From positions 1,760,001 through 1,824,000 of the forward strand of contig CBDCFN010000016.1 in assembly GCA_965216315.1 (NCBI GenBank): a DNA stretch of 64,000 bases, written 5' to 3'. Positions 1-11,000 of this stretch are shown here, one piece after another. The notes under the pieces are model-generated. The model was given only the letters and a program-made list of their open reading frames with translations. It made no database searches and was not told the origin of the DNA. The stretch's first letter is position 1, and every line of letters begins with the position of its first letter. The position numbers and the translations under genes were made by a program. The DNA is from a bacterium. GTDB lineage: Bacteria > UBA10199 > 2-02-FULL-50-16 > JAJFLM01.

Positions 1-1
1 G

Positions 2-979
2 ATGATTTTGTATCCGGAAGATTCAGCCGGCAGCATCATGAATGTGAGTATCGTAACCCTCAAAGAAGACATGACAGCCCAGGATGCGATTGATCATATT
101 CGAGCCAACAAGGAACACATGGGGGTTTATTACCTCTATGTCGTCGACAGCGATGGAATGCTCAGCGGCATCCTCAGCCTACGTGACTTGTTGTTAGCCA
201 AAGCGGATACAAACATTAATGAACTTATGAATCGGCAAATTGTCACGGTAGAGCCGACGGTTGATCGAGAAGAAGTCGCACAACTGTTTTCACAATATAA
301 CCTGTTAGGCATGCCGGTCGTAGACGAGAATCGCAAACTCTTAGGTGTTATTACCGTCGATGATGTTATTGATATCATCGAAGAAGAGGCGACCGAAGAT
401 ATTTATTACATGGCGGGACTCTCTGAAGCGGATCGAGCCTTTTCACCGCTCAAAGAATCGGTGCGCCGGCGACTTCCCTGGATTACACTTAACATTGGGA
501 CGGCCTGCCTTTCCGCCTTAGTCGTCGGCTTTTTCCAAAAGTCCATTGTTCAAGCCGTTGCTTTAGCCGTTTTTATGCCGGTCGTCGTTCAAGTCGCCGG
601 AAGCGTCGGCATTCAAACACTTACCGTTATTACGCGGTCCATCGCCCTCGGTGAATTAGAGTTTGCCACCGCTGGACGAGCAATCGGCAAAGAGATGGGG
701 TCGGGACTGATTATCGGCCTGATTGCTGGCATCCTGGTCGGTGGCGTCGGCTATCTGTGGATGGGAAACATGTATCTGGGGCTGGTGCTCGCATCTGCAA
801 TGGTACTGACGATGGTGTTGGCTGGGACCATCGGAGCGCTCATCCCTCTGACCTTACGGGCCATGGACTTTGACCCGGCACTCGGCTCCGGTGTGGCCGT
901 CATCGCCATTACAGACGTCTGCGGCTTTGTCATTTTTCTGGGCTTAGGAACGATGTTTTTAAGCTATTTAGGGGTTTAA
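2..979 (+). CDS. mgtE: Magnesium transporter MgtE (5'-truncated by window edge)
   Basis: 'YPEDSAGSIM' followed by a CBS pair (YYLYVVD, LGVITVDDVID) and the MgtE TM domain (RRRLPW, DPALGSG..TDVCGF). Confidence 0.95.
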   Translation: MILYPEDSAGSIMNVSIVTLKEDMTAQDAIDHIRANKEHMGVYYLYVVDSDGMLSGILSLRDLLLAKADTNINELMNRQIVTVEPTVDREEVAQLFSQYNLLGMPVVDENRKLLGVITVDDVIDIIEEEATEDIYYMAGLSEADRAFSPLKESVRRRLPWITLNIGTACLSALVVGFFQKSIVQAVALAVFMPVVVQVAGSVGIQTLTVITRSIALGELEFATAGRAIGKEMGSGLIIGLIAGILVGGVGYLWMGNMYLGLVLASAMVLTMVLAGTIGALIPLTLRAMDFDPALGSGVAVIAITDVCGFVIFLGLGTMFLSYLGV

Positions 980-996
980 TATTTAAGGGGGGAGTC

Positions 997-2145
997 ATGC
1001 AGGGATTCGGATCACGCCTACTGGGATCAATAAAAGGGATATTCATCGGTTTAGTCATCTTTGTCGCGGCCTTTCCCGTTTTATGGTGGGGAGAAGGTCG
1101 TCAAAACCTTGCCGAGTTCGTAGAGGAAGCGACAGCAATCGAATCAAAAGGTACACCTTCCGTTGAAGCGAACTCCCTGATTAAAACAACTGGAATCATT
1201 ACTTCGCCCCAAAAAATCCAAGATGCTAAATTCTTGCCGGGCTTTGCAGGCGACAATGTCCTCCAATTAAACCGCAACGTCGAGATGTACGCCTGGAAAG
1301 AGACGGTTACAACAACTAAAAACGGCGACAAAGAAACTAAAACCTATACTTACGACACCGTATGGACTTCCTCCCCGAGTGATTCATCTCGATTTCATGA
1401 GCAGGCAGGCCACACCAATCCTAAACCCAAGGTGAAAAATGAACAATTTCGCGTAAGCCAGGCATCTGTCGGCGACCTTGCTATTGATGCAGCTCAATCC
1501 CGTTTCTATAAGACAGTCCCGCTCGTCCTGAAAAAACCTGATGTCATCACAATGCATGGCAAAGAGAAAACTTCTCTTTCTGGAGATGGCACCCATCTCT
1601 ATCTACCAATTCAAAAACTCTCAGCAGGCTTTTCTTTCAGCAAGCCAAGAAATGTCGCGGCCGCACCAAAAGTGGGCGACCTCCGCTTATCCTACGATCA
1701 CTACCCCGCTAACCAAGAAGGCAGTGTCGTCGGGCGATGGAGCGGAAGCAAAATTGTCCCCCACATTTACGACAAAACTGATACCTTCCTAGGCATCTAC
1801 CCGGGAAGTCCTGATCTGTTCGCAGCGTATCTCCACCAACAGCATAAAATCATGACCTGGTTTATCCGGATCGCAAGTTTTATCATGTTGTGGATCGGTC
1901 TGAACATGGTGCTCGGACCGGTCTTTTTTCTCATTGGCGCCATTCCGATTGTGGGTGAGCTCGGCAAAGGCATGATTTCCATAATGACCGGCGCGATCGC
2001 CTTTGGCCTCTGGTTACTGACCTTGTTACTCGCTAATTTCTGGCTCATCCTGATCATATTACTTGCCTTAGGAATTGGTTTATTGATCTACGCCAAAAAG
2101 AAAGATGCCGACTCACCACCGCAGGTTCCTGCTGAGGCCGGCTAG
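997..2145 (+). CDS. TMEM43/DUF1625-family membrane protein
   Basis: N-terminal TM ending in LWWGEGR, 'LNRNVEMYAWKE', 'W.S..DSSRF....GH.NP', 'PKVGDLRLSY', and C-terminal TMs after 'TWFIR'. Confidence 0.85.
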   Translation: MQGFGSRLLGSIKGIFIGLVIFVAAFPVLWWGEGRQNLAEFVEEATAIESKGTPSVEANSLIKTTGIITSPQKIQDAKFLPGFAGDNVLQLNRNVEMYAWKETVTTTKNGDKETKTYTYDTVWTSSPSDSSRFHEQAGHTNPKPKVKNEQFRVSQASVGDLAIDAAQSRFYKTVPLVLKKPDVITMHGKEKTSLSGDGTHLYLPIQKLSAGFSFSKPRNVAAAPKVGDLRLSYDHYPANQEGSVVGRWSGSKIVPHIYDKTDTFLGIYPGSPDLFAAYLHQQHKIMTWFIRIASFIMLWIGLNMVLGPVFFLIGAIPIVGELGKGMISIMTGAIAFGLWLLTLLLANFWLILIILLALGIGLLIYAKKKDADSPPQVPAEAG

Positions 2146-2156
2146 TAAAGACTATC

Positions 2157-3173
2157 ATGCGCTGGCAGCAGAAACTGCTTACATGGTACCGCCAACATCA
2201 ACGCGACCTGCCCTGGCGTCGACGACCGACGCCCTATCGCGTTCTCGTGAGCGAAATCATGTTGCAACAAACGACGGTTAAAACGGTCATCCCCTACTAC
2301 CGCAACTTTCTAAAAAAGTTCCCTTCGATGCGTTCCCTCGCCAATTCACAGGAGGAAGAAGTCCTGGCCGCATGGTCAGGACTTGGTTACTATTCACGGG
2401 CTCGCAATTTGCATAAAACAGCGAAGATCTGTCTAAAAGAGTACAAAGGAAAATTACCGAATAGTGCAGACACTCTCATCAGACTTCCCGGTATAGGTGC
2501 CTATACGGCGGGAGCCATTGCGTCGATTGCTTATGATCAACCAGCCGCCATCGTCGACGGGAATGTCGCGCGCGTTCTGTCACGTCTTTTTCGGATGAAG
2601 GCCGATCCCAAAAACGCCACCGGACTCAAGGAATATTGGCGCCAGGCAAGAGAACAAATGCTACAACATGATTGTGGAGACTACAATCAAGCATTGATGG
2701 AATTAGGCGCAACTATCTGCACACCGACGCGCCCGCTCTGCGAATTTTGTCCCGTTCAAAAAAATTGCTCTGCCTTTCAAGAAGACGATCCAGGTCAATA
2801 TCCGCGGATACAAAAGCGCATGCAATACCGTAACGTTCACCTCACTGCCGCATTGATCGCCCATGGAGAATCTTTCTTAATGGTCAAACGTCCCAACCGA
2901 GGAGCCTTGCGCAACATGTGGGAATTCCCTATGATCGAGGGTGAGATCCAAGATCTAGCTTCGGCCTATTCGCTTACACTACCAACCGGAACAGCCTTAC
3001 GCCCGGTACGTCATAGCATTATGGACCAACGAATTCGGGTTAGCCCGTGGCTATTTGAAAAAACACGGTCAATTAGCAAACCCAAGCAGGGTCGCTGGTT
3101 TCAATTGGCGGACATACAACAGCTACCCAGTTCTTCTCTTGTTACGAAACTCCTCGCCCAATTGCCCGATTAA
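2157..3173 (+). CDS. mutY: A/G-specific adenine DNA glycosylase
   Basis: RDLPWR, VSEIMLQQT, WSGLGYYSRARNL, HhH motif LPGIGAYTAGAIAS, and Fe-S motif C-x6-C-x2-C-x5-C. Confidence 0.97.
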   Translation: MRWQQKLLTWYRQHQRDLPWRRRPTPYRVLVSEIMLQQTTVKTVIPYYRNFLKKFPSMRSLANSQEEEVLAAWSGLGYYSRARNLHKTAKICLKEYKGKLPNSADTLIRLPGIGAYTAGAIASIAYDQPAAIVDGNVARVLSRLFRMKADPKNATGLKEYWRQAREQMLQHDCGDYNQALMELGATICTPTRPLCEFCPVQKNCSAFQEDDPGQYPRIQKRMQYRNVHLTAALIAHGESFLMVKRPNRGALRNMWEFPMIEGEIQDLASAYSLTLPTGTALRPVRHSIMDQRIRVSPWLFEKTRSISKPKQGRWFQLADIQQLPSSSLVTKLLAQLPD

Positions 3174-3234
3174 CCCTCATTGTTTTTCACCGCCCATCCG
3201 CTATAATTAGCATGACGGAGTGGATGGGTGTCGC

Positions 3235-4062
3235 ATGAGTGAAATAGAAAATCTTCAATCATTATCACTGGTTAACCTTGAAACCATCGCCATTGAAGAG
3301 ATTGCATTACTGGTCGCCAAGGACCACTATCCGGAACTGGATACCTCCGCTTATCTCAATCAACTCGATGAGTTTGCGCGTCGGGCCCGCTATCGCATTG
3401 AGGGCGTTGCGGGTGACGCCGCGATCGCGCGCGCACTCAGCCACTATCTCTTCGACGAAGAAGGTTTTCGTGGGAACACAGCAGACTACTACAATCCATC
3501 CAATAACCTCTTTAATGATGTCATGGATCAGCGAACGGGCATGCCAATTTCCCTGTGCGTTCTTTATATTGCAATTGGTCGCCGCCTCGGACTTGATGTT
3601 GCTGGCGTCAATTTTCCGGGACACTTCTTAGTTCATTTTAAAAGCGCACCTACGAGTTTTTACGTTGATGCCTTTGCGAAGGGGAAACTTCTATCGAAAG
3701 ATGAGTGTAATAAGCGATTGGTCGATCGCTATGGAGATGCGATTCCACCGCAAGATCAATTTTTTCAACCTGCCAGTCATCGAGAAATCCTGATCCGTAT
3801 GTTGACCAATATAAAAATGTCGTTTGTACGCCGTAGAGACTTTGAAAATGCCTTGAGAGCACTCAACAGTATTCTCCTCTTTGCACCCAATGGCGCTGAA
3901 GAATTAAAAGAACGCGGGCTCATCTATTTTCATCTGGAGTGCTTTCGGTCCGCCCTCACCGATCTCGAATCTTACCTTGATCTTGAGCCACAGGCACCGG
4001 ATCGCGAAGAAATTGAGGCGTGTGTGGCGGACTTGAGGGATCGCGTGTCACAAATATCGTAG
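3235..4062 (+). CDS. SirB1/YchA-family transglutaminase-like protein with C-terminal TPR
   Basis: GFRGNTADYYNPSN, RTGMPISL, GVNFPGHFLV and a TPR tail (ERGLIYFHL...ALTDLESYL). ATG at 3235 preferred over GTG at 3220. Confidence 0.9.
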   Translation: MSEIENLQSLSLVNLETIAIEEIALLVAKDHYPELDTSAYLNQLDEFARRARYRIEGVAGDAAIARALSHYLFDEEGFRGNTADYYNPSNNLFNDVMDQRTGMPISLCVLYIAIGRRLGLDVAGVNFPGHFLVHFKSAPTSFYVDAFAKGKLLSKDECNKRLVDRYGDAIPPQDQFFQPASHREILIRMLTNIKMSFVRRRDFENALRALNSILLFAPNGAEELKERGLIYFHLECFRSALTDLESYLDLEPQAPDREEIEACVADLRDRVSQIS

Positions 4063-4141
4063 GCGCGCTGCTTGCTGCGCCCGCAAGTACCATCATGCAA
4101 ATCCTTTACATTGCCCTGAAATTCCGCTTTGTTACGCGGCA

Positions 4142-5872
4142 ATGACCGCAGTAATAGCCACCTTGATCTGCCTGCTCGCATACGCCCTCGGCTATCGTTT
4201 CTATTCGCGTTATCTCGCTAACAAAATCTTCGGGCTCCGACCAGAAGCCGTCACACCGGCCCACGCGCTCCGTGATGACGTGGACTATGTCCCCTCTCCA
4301 CGACTCATCCTCTTTGGCCACCATTATGCCTCGATCACCGGTCTGGCCCCGATGCTGGGGCCAGCCGTCGCCGTCATCTGGGGCTGGATCCCCGCAATGC
4401 TGTGGGTGGTACTAGGCGCCTTGCTCGTCGGCTGTGTCCACGACTTTGGTGCCTTGGTCATTTCGATACGCGCCAGAGGTATGAGCATCGGCAAGGTAAC
4501 GGAAGGAATTATCGGTCATCGCGCCAAAACGCTCTTTTTATTGCTGATCTTTTTCGGGATTTCACTGGCGATGGGAGTCTTTGTCTTTGTCATCTCCACC
4601 CTGTTCACGACTAAGTTCTATCCTCAAGCCGTTTCTCCGTCCGCCATTATTATGATTCTTGCAGTGATAATGGGTTATCTTATCTTTAAAAAAGGCTGGC
4701 AACTGCCCATGCTAACCGGCCTCGCCTTCGCGTTGAGCCTACTCGGCATTTGGGTGGGACTGGCCGCTCCGACCATGGGCGTGGCAAATGAAACGTGGCC
4801 TGACGTTCATACATGGTCATGGATCTTGTTGGCCTACGCCTTCATTGCCAGCGTACTGCCCGTCTGGGCCTTACTGCAAAGCCGCGATTTCATTAACTCC
4901 CTTTTACTCTATTTAGGGCTCGGCACCATGTATATTGGCTTTTTCGTGCTCAAGCCGGAGTTTGCCTCACCGGCTTTTAACGCCCATCCGGAGGGAGCGC
5001 CCTCAATCTTCCCCTTCGTGTTCATCGTCATCGCCTGCGGCGCGGCCAGTGGATTTCATTCGCTGGTAAGCTCCGGAACGACAGCAAAACAAATTAACCG
5101 CGAACCGGACGCCCGCTTCATCGGCTATGGTGGGATGATTGGCGAGTCACTGTTGGGATTGATGGCCGTTCTCGCCTGCACCGCCGGATTCATCTCAAAA
5201 GAACATTGGCATTCCCATTATGTTGACTGGACCAGCGTGCAGGGTCTGGGCAATACCATCAGTGCTTTCATCGAAGGATCGGCCCGCTTTATCAGTGGTC
5301 TCGGAATTCCCGGCAAGGTAGCGTCCTCATTTGTCGCCGTCGTGGTGGTGAGCTTTGCACTGACGACTTTGGATTCGGCAACCCGCCTCCTCCGCTATAA
5401 TATCGAAGAACTTGCCGAGGCCGCCGGCATCAAAGTGCGTCTCAACCGCTATCTGAGTTCCCTCCTCGCTGTGGCCGCCATTGCCTTCTTTGCCTTCTAT
5501 GAAATTAACGGCAAACCTGCCGGGCTGACACTCTGGCAACTCTTTGGCACAACCAACCAATTATTGGCCAGCCTAGCCCTCCTGGTCGTGACGCTTTATC
5601 TCAAGCAACGAGGCCGCAACTATTGGTTTACGCTTATTCCAATGGTATTCATGCTTGGCACGACATTAGCCGCCATGGTGAGCCAACTCAGTAAATTCTG
5701 GCACACGGATAATATCCTCCTCTTCATTGTTGGGTCGATATTGATGCTCCTGGCCTTATGGTTGCTCTTTGATGCCGTGATTACCCTTAGGAAACCGACG
5801 CGGCATTTGGAAGGCACGCTGGATATCAAGTTTAAAGACGGCTCAGAAGATCATCCCGTTCCAAGCGTTTAA
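4142..5872 (+). CDS. cstA: Carbon starvation protein A (peptide/pyruvate transporter)
   Basis: TPAH...DDVDYVP, LFGHHYASITG, IACGAASGFHSLVSSGTTAKQ, LWQLFGTTNQL. Confidence 0.95.
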   Translation: MTAVIATLICLLAYALGYRFYSRYLANKIFGLRPEAVTPAHALRDDVDYVPSPRLILFGHHYASITGLAPMLGPAVAVIWGWIPAMLWVVLGALLVGCVHDFGALVISIRARGMSIGKVTEGIIGHRAKTLFLLLIFFGISLAMGVFVFVISTLFTTKFYPQAVSPSAIIMILAVIMGYLIFKKGWQLPMLTGLAFALSLLGIWVGLAAPTMGVANETWPDVHTWSWILLAYAFIASVLPVWALLQSRDFINSLLLYLGLGTMYIGFFVLKPEFASPAFNAHPEGAPSIFPFVFIVIACGAASGFHSLVSSGTTAKQINREPDARFIGYGGMIGESLLGLMAVLACTAGFISKEHWHSHYVDWTSVQGLGNTISAFIEGSARFISGLGIPGKVASSFVAVVVVSFALTTLDSATRLLRYNIEELAEAAGIKVRLNRYLSSLLAVAAIAFFAFYEINGKPAGLTLWQLFGTTNQLLASLALLVVTLYLKQRGRNYWFTLIPMVFMLGTTLAAMVSQLSKFWHTDNILLFIVGSILMLLALWLLFDAVITLRKPTRHLEGTLDIKFKDGSEDHPVPSV

Positions 5873-6402
5873 ATAATTAAATTTTGCAGAACTTTTTGGT
5901 GGGCTTGCAAGTCACTCTCACTGAATAACACAAAACGAACGAGTCGCAGGGCGCTTATTTGGGGCGCATAGTGCATGACTGTCTCGAAGGCAATGGTCGC
6001 TGCCTCTTTCAAAGGATAGCCAAAAATACCGGTGGAAATAGCGCAACTCGCCAGCGATGAGATCTTTTTGTCGTCGCACAACTGAAGCGCATTCCGATAG
6101 CAATTAGCCAGCAAGTCAGCCTCTGGCCTATCGACGCCGTAAATGGGGCCTAAACAATGGATCACGTAATCATTGGGCAATTGATGTGCCGACGTAATTA
6201 CGGCATCTCCCGGCTTAATGGGCGCTAGCGGGCGGCATTCGACCTCTAGGCCTGGACCCGCGGCACGGTGAATCGCCCCCGCAACCCCACCTCCTGATAT
6301 CAATTCTGCATTGGCGGCGTTGATAACCGCTTGGCAGTCGGGCTGCTCCACGATATCGCCTTGAACGCATTCCAAGGTAAAATTTCCAAACTGATGCTTC
6401 AT
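5869..6402 (-). CDS. Macrodomain protein (O-acetyl-ADP-ribose deacetylase / ADP-ribosylhydrolase)
   Basis: QGDI, INAAN..L..GGGVAGAIHRAAG, VIHCLGP, ISTGIFGYP. The domain begins at ATG 6402; an alternative in-frame ATG at 6504 has a strong SD. Confidence 0.92.
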   Translation of the reverse strand: MKHQFGNFTLECVQGDIVEQPDCQAVINAANAELISGGGVAGAIHRAAGPGLEVECRPLAPIKPGDAVITSAHQLPNDYVIHCLGPIYGVDRPEADLLANCYRNALQLCDDKKISSLASCAISTGIFGYPLKEAATIAFETVMHYAPQISALRLVRFVLFSESDLQAHQKVLQNLII

Positions 6403-6581
6403 CGGAGGCCCGATTCTACCCGAATCAAAGCCCAAGTGAAAGTTTCCCGCGGCACAAAGAGAAGTCGCTGCCGGATAAGTCAACATCCTCGCTGGCACAA
6501 CCATAACCACCTCCTCAGCGAGAGTGACTATCGTCCACCACAACGATAAGTTGTGCTCATTGCGGATGCATTTTAATTTAC

Positions 6582-8066
6582 TTACGGCAGGTTCGTAGAA
6601 CCCATGAGGTAACGATCCACTTCACGCGCCGCTTCACGCCCTTCGTTAATCGCCCATACCACCAAGCTCTGGCCGCGGCGCATGTCACCCGCGGCAAAGA
6701 CTTTATCGACGCTGGTTTTATACTGGCCATAGGCGGCCTTGGCATTAGAGCGCTCGTCGCGTTCGACTTTTAACTGTTCGAGCACGGTATCTTCGGGGCC
6801 GAGAAAGCCTAAGGCAAGAAAGACTAATTGCACGGGCCAGATTTTTTCAGTCCCGGGAATTTCCTTCGGGAACATGCGGCCATTTTCGTCTTTGGCCCAT
6901 TCAATCTCTACCGTATGGAGTTCCTTGAGCTGCCCCTCTTCATCACCAACGAATTGTTTCGTCATGATGAGATAGGTCCGTGGATCTTTACCGAACTTAG
7001 CCTTGGCCTCTTCTTGCCCATAATCCAATTTGTAAATTTTTGGCCACTGCGGCCAAGGATTATCCGGTGCACGCTCCAAGGGAGGCTGCGGCATGATCTC
7101 AAACTGAACGACGCTTTTGCATTTATGCCGCATCGACGTGGCCACGCAGTCTGTTCCGGTATCCCCACCGCCGATGACAATGACATCTTTTCCTTCAGCG
7201 GAGATGAACTGACCGTCTTTATGGTTGCTGTCGAGCAGACTCTTGGTGTTCTTCGTCAAAAATTCCATTGCAAAATGAACACCTTTTAAGTCCCGGCCTT
7301 CAATAGGCAGGTCACGGGGCTTCGTCGCGCCGCCACAGAGTACGACGGCGTCAAAATCGTCGACTAACTTTTGGGCCGGAATATCCTTACCTATCTCGGT
7401 ACTCGTCACAAATTTCACACCCTCTTCCACTAACAGGCTAACCCGGCGCTCAACCTTCTTCTTGTCAAGATGGGGATTGGGAATGCCATACATCAACAGG
7501 CCGCCCACTCGATCCGCTCGCTCATAGACAGTTACTTGATGACCGGCCTTGTTGAGTTGGGCCGCACAGGCAAGACCCGAGGGCCCTGACCCGACTATGG
7601 CTACCGTCTTACCCGTCCGTTGTTCCGGAGGATCCGCGACAACCCAACCTTCGGCAAAACCACGCTCAATAATGTTGTTTTCGATGTTTTTAATCGTCAC
7701 CGGGGGCTCATTGATGCCTAAGACGCAAGAACCCTCACACGGGGCCGGACAGACCATCCCGGTAAATTCAGGAAAGTTATTGGTTTTGTGGAGACGCTCC
7801 AAGGCTTGTTTCCAGAGCCCTCGATAAACCAGGTCATTCCACTCGGGAATCAGGTTATTAATCGGGCACCCGGAGGCCATGTTGTTGATCAACATTCCGG
7901 TATGACAAAAAGGCACCCCGCAATTCATGCACCGCGAACCTTGTTCACGCAGATTCTTTTCTTCCGCGTGCTGATGAAGCTCGCCCCAGTCGTTAACCCG
8001 TTCTTCAGGAGAACGATCGAGCGGCAACTCCCGCGTAAATTCCATGAATCCCGTCGGCTTACCCAT
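6582..8066 (-). CDS. gltD: Glutamate synthase small subunit
   Basis: [58 protein letters not shown]. Confidence 0.98.
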   Translation of the reverse strand: MGKPTGFMEFTRELPLDRSPEERVNDWGELHQHAEEKNLREQGSRCMNCGVPFCHTGMLINNMASGCPINNLIPEWNDLVYRGLWKQALERLHKTNNFPEFTGMVCPAPCEGSCVLGINEPPVTIKNIENNIIERGFAEGWVVADPPEQRTGKTVAIVGSGPSGLACAAQLNKAGHQVTVYERADRVGGLLMYGIPNPHLDKKKVERRVSLLVEEGVKFVTSTEIGKDIPAQKLVDDFDAVVLCGGATKPRDLPIEGRDLKGVHFAMEFLTKNTKSLLDSNHKDGQFISAEGKDVIVIGGGDTGTDCVATSMRHKCKSVVQFEIMPQPPLERAPDNPWPQWPKIYKLDYGQEEAKAKFGKDPRTYLIMTKQFVGDEEGQLKELHTVEIEWAKDENGRMFPKEIPGTEKIWPVQLVFLALGFLGPEDTVLEQLKVERDERSNAKAAYGQYKTSVDKVFAAGDMRRGQSLVVWAINEGREAAREVDRYLMGSTNLP

Positions 8067-8068
8067 CT

Positions 8069-11000
8069 CTAGTTTCCTGCCACCCTCGCTTTTGCCTGAA
8101 CATTCGCTTCAAAGGCCGCCATGACCGCTTCGTCACCGCTCATCCCCGTCGCCTCAACCTGCTTCAAGGCCTCAAGCACACGTTTATAGTCCATCGGCAT
8201 CACCTTGATAATTTTTTCATTCAGCGCGTCCCAATCTTTTAGGACGCGTCGCCCCACCTCACTATCGGTATATTCAATATGCTTTTGAATCATCCCCTTG
8301 ATCGTCGCCTCATCTTCCGCGTCGAGCCGTTCCAGACATACCATCTGAGGATTGCAATCACGCGCAAAAGTACCGGCCTCGTCGAGAACGTAGGCAACCC
8401 CACCGGACATACCCGCCGCAAAGTTTCGTCCGGCCGGACCCAAAATAACCACACAACCGCCCGTCATGTACTCACAGCCATGATCGCCAACCCCTTCAAC
8501 CACAGCACGAACCCCACTATTACGGACACAAAAGCGCTCTCCGGCCACACCACGGATATAAGCTTCACCCCCGGTCGCGCCGTAAAAGGCCACATTGCCG
8601 ACGATAATATTGTCTTCCGGGACAAAACTCGCTGCGGCTGAGGGAAAGACCATAATCTTGCCCCCATTTAGCCCCTTGCCGATATAATCGTTGGCATCCC
8701 CTTCGAGCCGTAGGGTCATTCCATTGGGCACGAAGGCCCCAAAACTTTGGCCGGCAGAACCCTGAAACGTCAATCGGATCGTATCATCCGGTAAACCCTC
8801 CGCCCCGTAGCGTTTAGAGATCTCGCTACCGACAATCGTCCCCACGACCCGATTGATATTCCTGATGGGCAGCGTCGCTTCCACCGGTCGCTTCTCTTCA
8901 AGCGCCTTCTTACAGATATCCAGCAAATGCGTGTTATCTAATGCTTTATCCAGTCCGTGATCTTGCTCGATTGTCTGGCGGATCTCCACGCTCTCCGGAA
9001 CATCAGGCCGATAGAGAATCTTGTCAAAATTGATGGTCTTGGCCTTCCAGTGATCAACTTTGCGAGGCTGTAAAATATCAGTCCGGCCGATCATCTCATC
9101 GAGACTCCTAAACCCCAGCTCGGCCATAAGCTCGCGGGCCTGCCGTGCGACCATCTGCATGAAGTTAACGACATGGGCCGGATCACCGGTAAATTTCCGG
9201 CGTAACACCGGATTCTGCGTTGCCACGCCTACAGGACACGTATTCAAGTGACAGACCCGCATCATGATGCACCCCAGTGTCACCAAAGGCGCGGTGGAAA
9301 ACCCGTACTCTTCGGCGCCTAGTAACGCGGCTATCACCACATCACGACCGGTCTTAAGCTGCCCATCCGTCTCCAACACGACACGACTCCTCAGATCGTT
9401 CAGCACCAGGGTCTGGTGCGTCTCCGCCAACCCAAGTTCCCATGAGATACCGGCGTTCTTGATACTCGTTTGAGGTGAGGCCCCCGTACCGCCGTCATAC
9501 CCCGCAATTAAAATGACATCGGCATGGGCCTTTGCCACCCCGGCAGCAATGGTTCCCACACCAACTTCCGAGACGAGTTTGACGTTAATGCGGGCATTCG
9601 GGTTTGAATTTTTTAAATCATGAATCAATTCAGCCAGATCTTCGATAGAATAAATATCATGATGCGGCGGTGGCGAAATCAGACCCACGCCCGGGGTTGA
9701 AAACCGCACCTTCGCCACCCAAGGATACACTTTATGGCCGGGCAGCTGTCCCCCTTCGCCGGGCTTGGCCCCTTGAGCAATTTTGATTTGAATTTCTTGG
9801 GCATTGACCAAATAGTGGCTGGTGACACCAAAACGTCCTGACGCGACCTGCTTGATGGCACTGCACCGAGAATCACCGTTTTCATCCGGAATAAAGCGCG
9901 CGGGATCTTCACCCCCTTCACCCGTATTGCTTTTACCACCAATACGGTTCATCGCAATGGCGAGGCTTTCGTGCGCCTCACTGCTGATTGACCCATAAGA
10001 CATGGCTCCCGTCTTGAAGCGACGGCAGATCGCATCCACTGATTCGACTTCGTCAAGAGGCACCGGCTTGGCACCGGCTTTAAAGTCAAGGAGTCCGCGC
10101 AAGGTGCACCAACGCTTTTCTTGATTGTCGACGGCAGCCGCGTAACTCTTAAACAACTCATAATCATTCGTTTTGACTGCCGCCTGCAGCTTGTGAACCG
10201 TTGTCGGATTAAAGAGATGCTCTTCACCACCCTTCCGCCACTGGTAATCCCCACCGGCCTGCAAGGCCGCTCCGTCTGTTTCACGCTCGGTATATCCCAA
10301 CTGATGACGAAGTCGGGTTTCTTCGGCGACTTCCGCTAAACCGATTCCGCCAATCCGCGTCGCGGTCCAGGTAAAATACTTATTAATAAACTCTTCATTC
10401 AGACCAACCGCCTCAAAGATCTGTGCGCCACGATAACTTTGTATGGTCGAGATCCCAACTTTAGAGAGGACTTTGACCACCCCTTTCATCGCCCCCTTGA
10501 GATAATTTTTTACAGCCTCTTCGTGACTGATATCGGTCAAGAGACCCTGACGAATCATGTCATCCAAAGACTCAAAGGCAAGATAAGGATTGATCGCGCC
10601 GGCACCATAACCCAACAACATACAAAAATGATGAACTTCCCGTGGCTCCCCTGATTCGAGCACGATATTACAGCGTGTCCGCGTCCCTTGCCGTATCAAG
10701 TGATGATGAAGCCCGGCGACAGCAAGCAACGCCGGAATGGGGGCCTTTTCATGACTAATCTCACGATCAGTAAGGATGATAATATTATGCCCGGTTTCGA
10801 TCGCTTGATCCGCCTGTTTAAATAGGGATTCAAGTGCCGATTCAAGAGCTTTGGCTCCCCCCTCTACGTCATAAAGGATAGGAAAGGTCGCTGATTTAAA
10901 ACCAGGTTGATCCAGATGAGTTAATCGAGCCATTTCTTCGTTGTCGAGAATCGGGGACTTCATCTTGATCAAACGGCATGAATCGGGTTGAGGGTCGATC

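Noticed and set aside
997..2145. TMEM43 homolog as a eukaryote-derived gene
   Set aside because: Bacterial DUF1625/TMEM43 homologs are already known; context and composition are ordinary.
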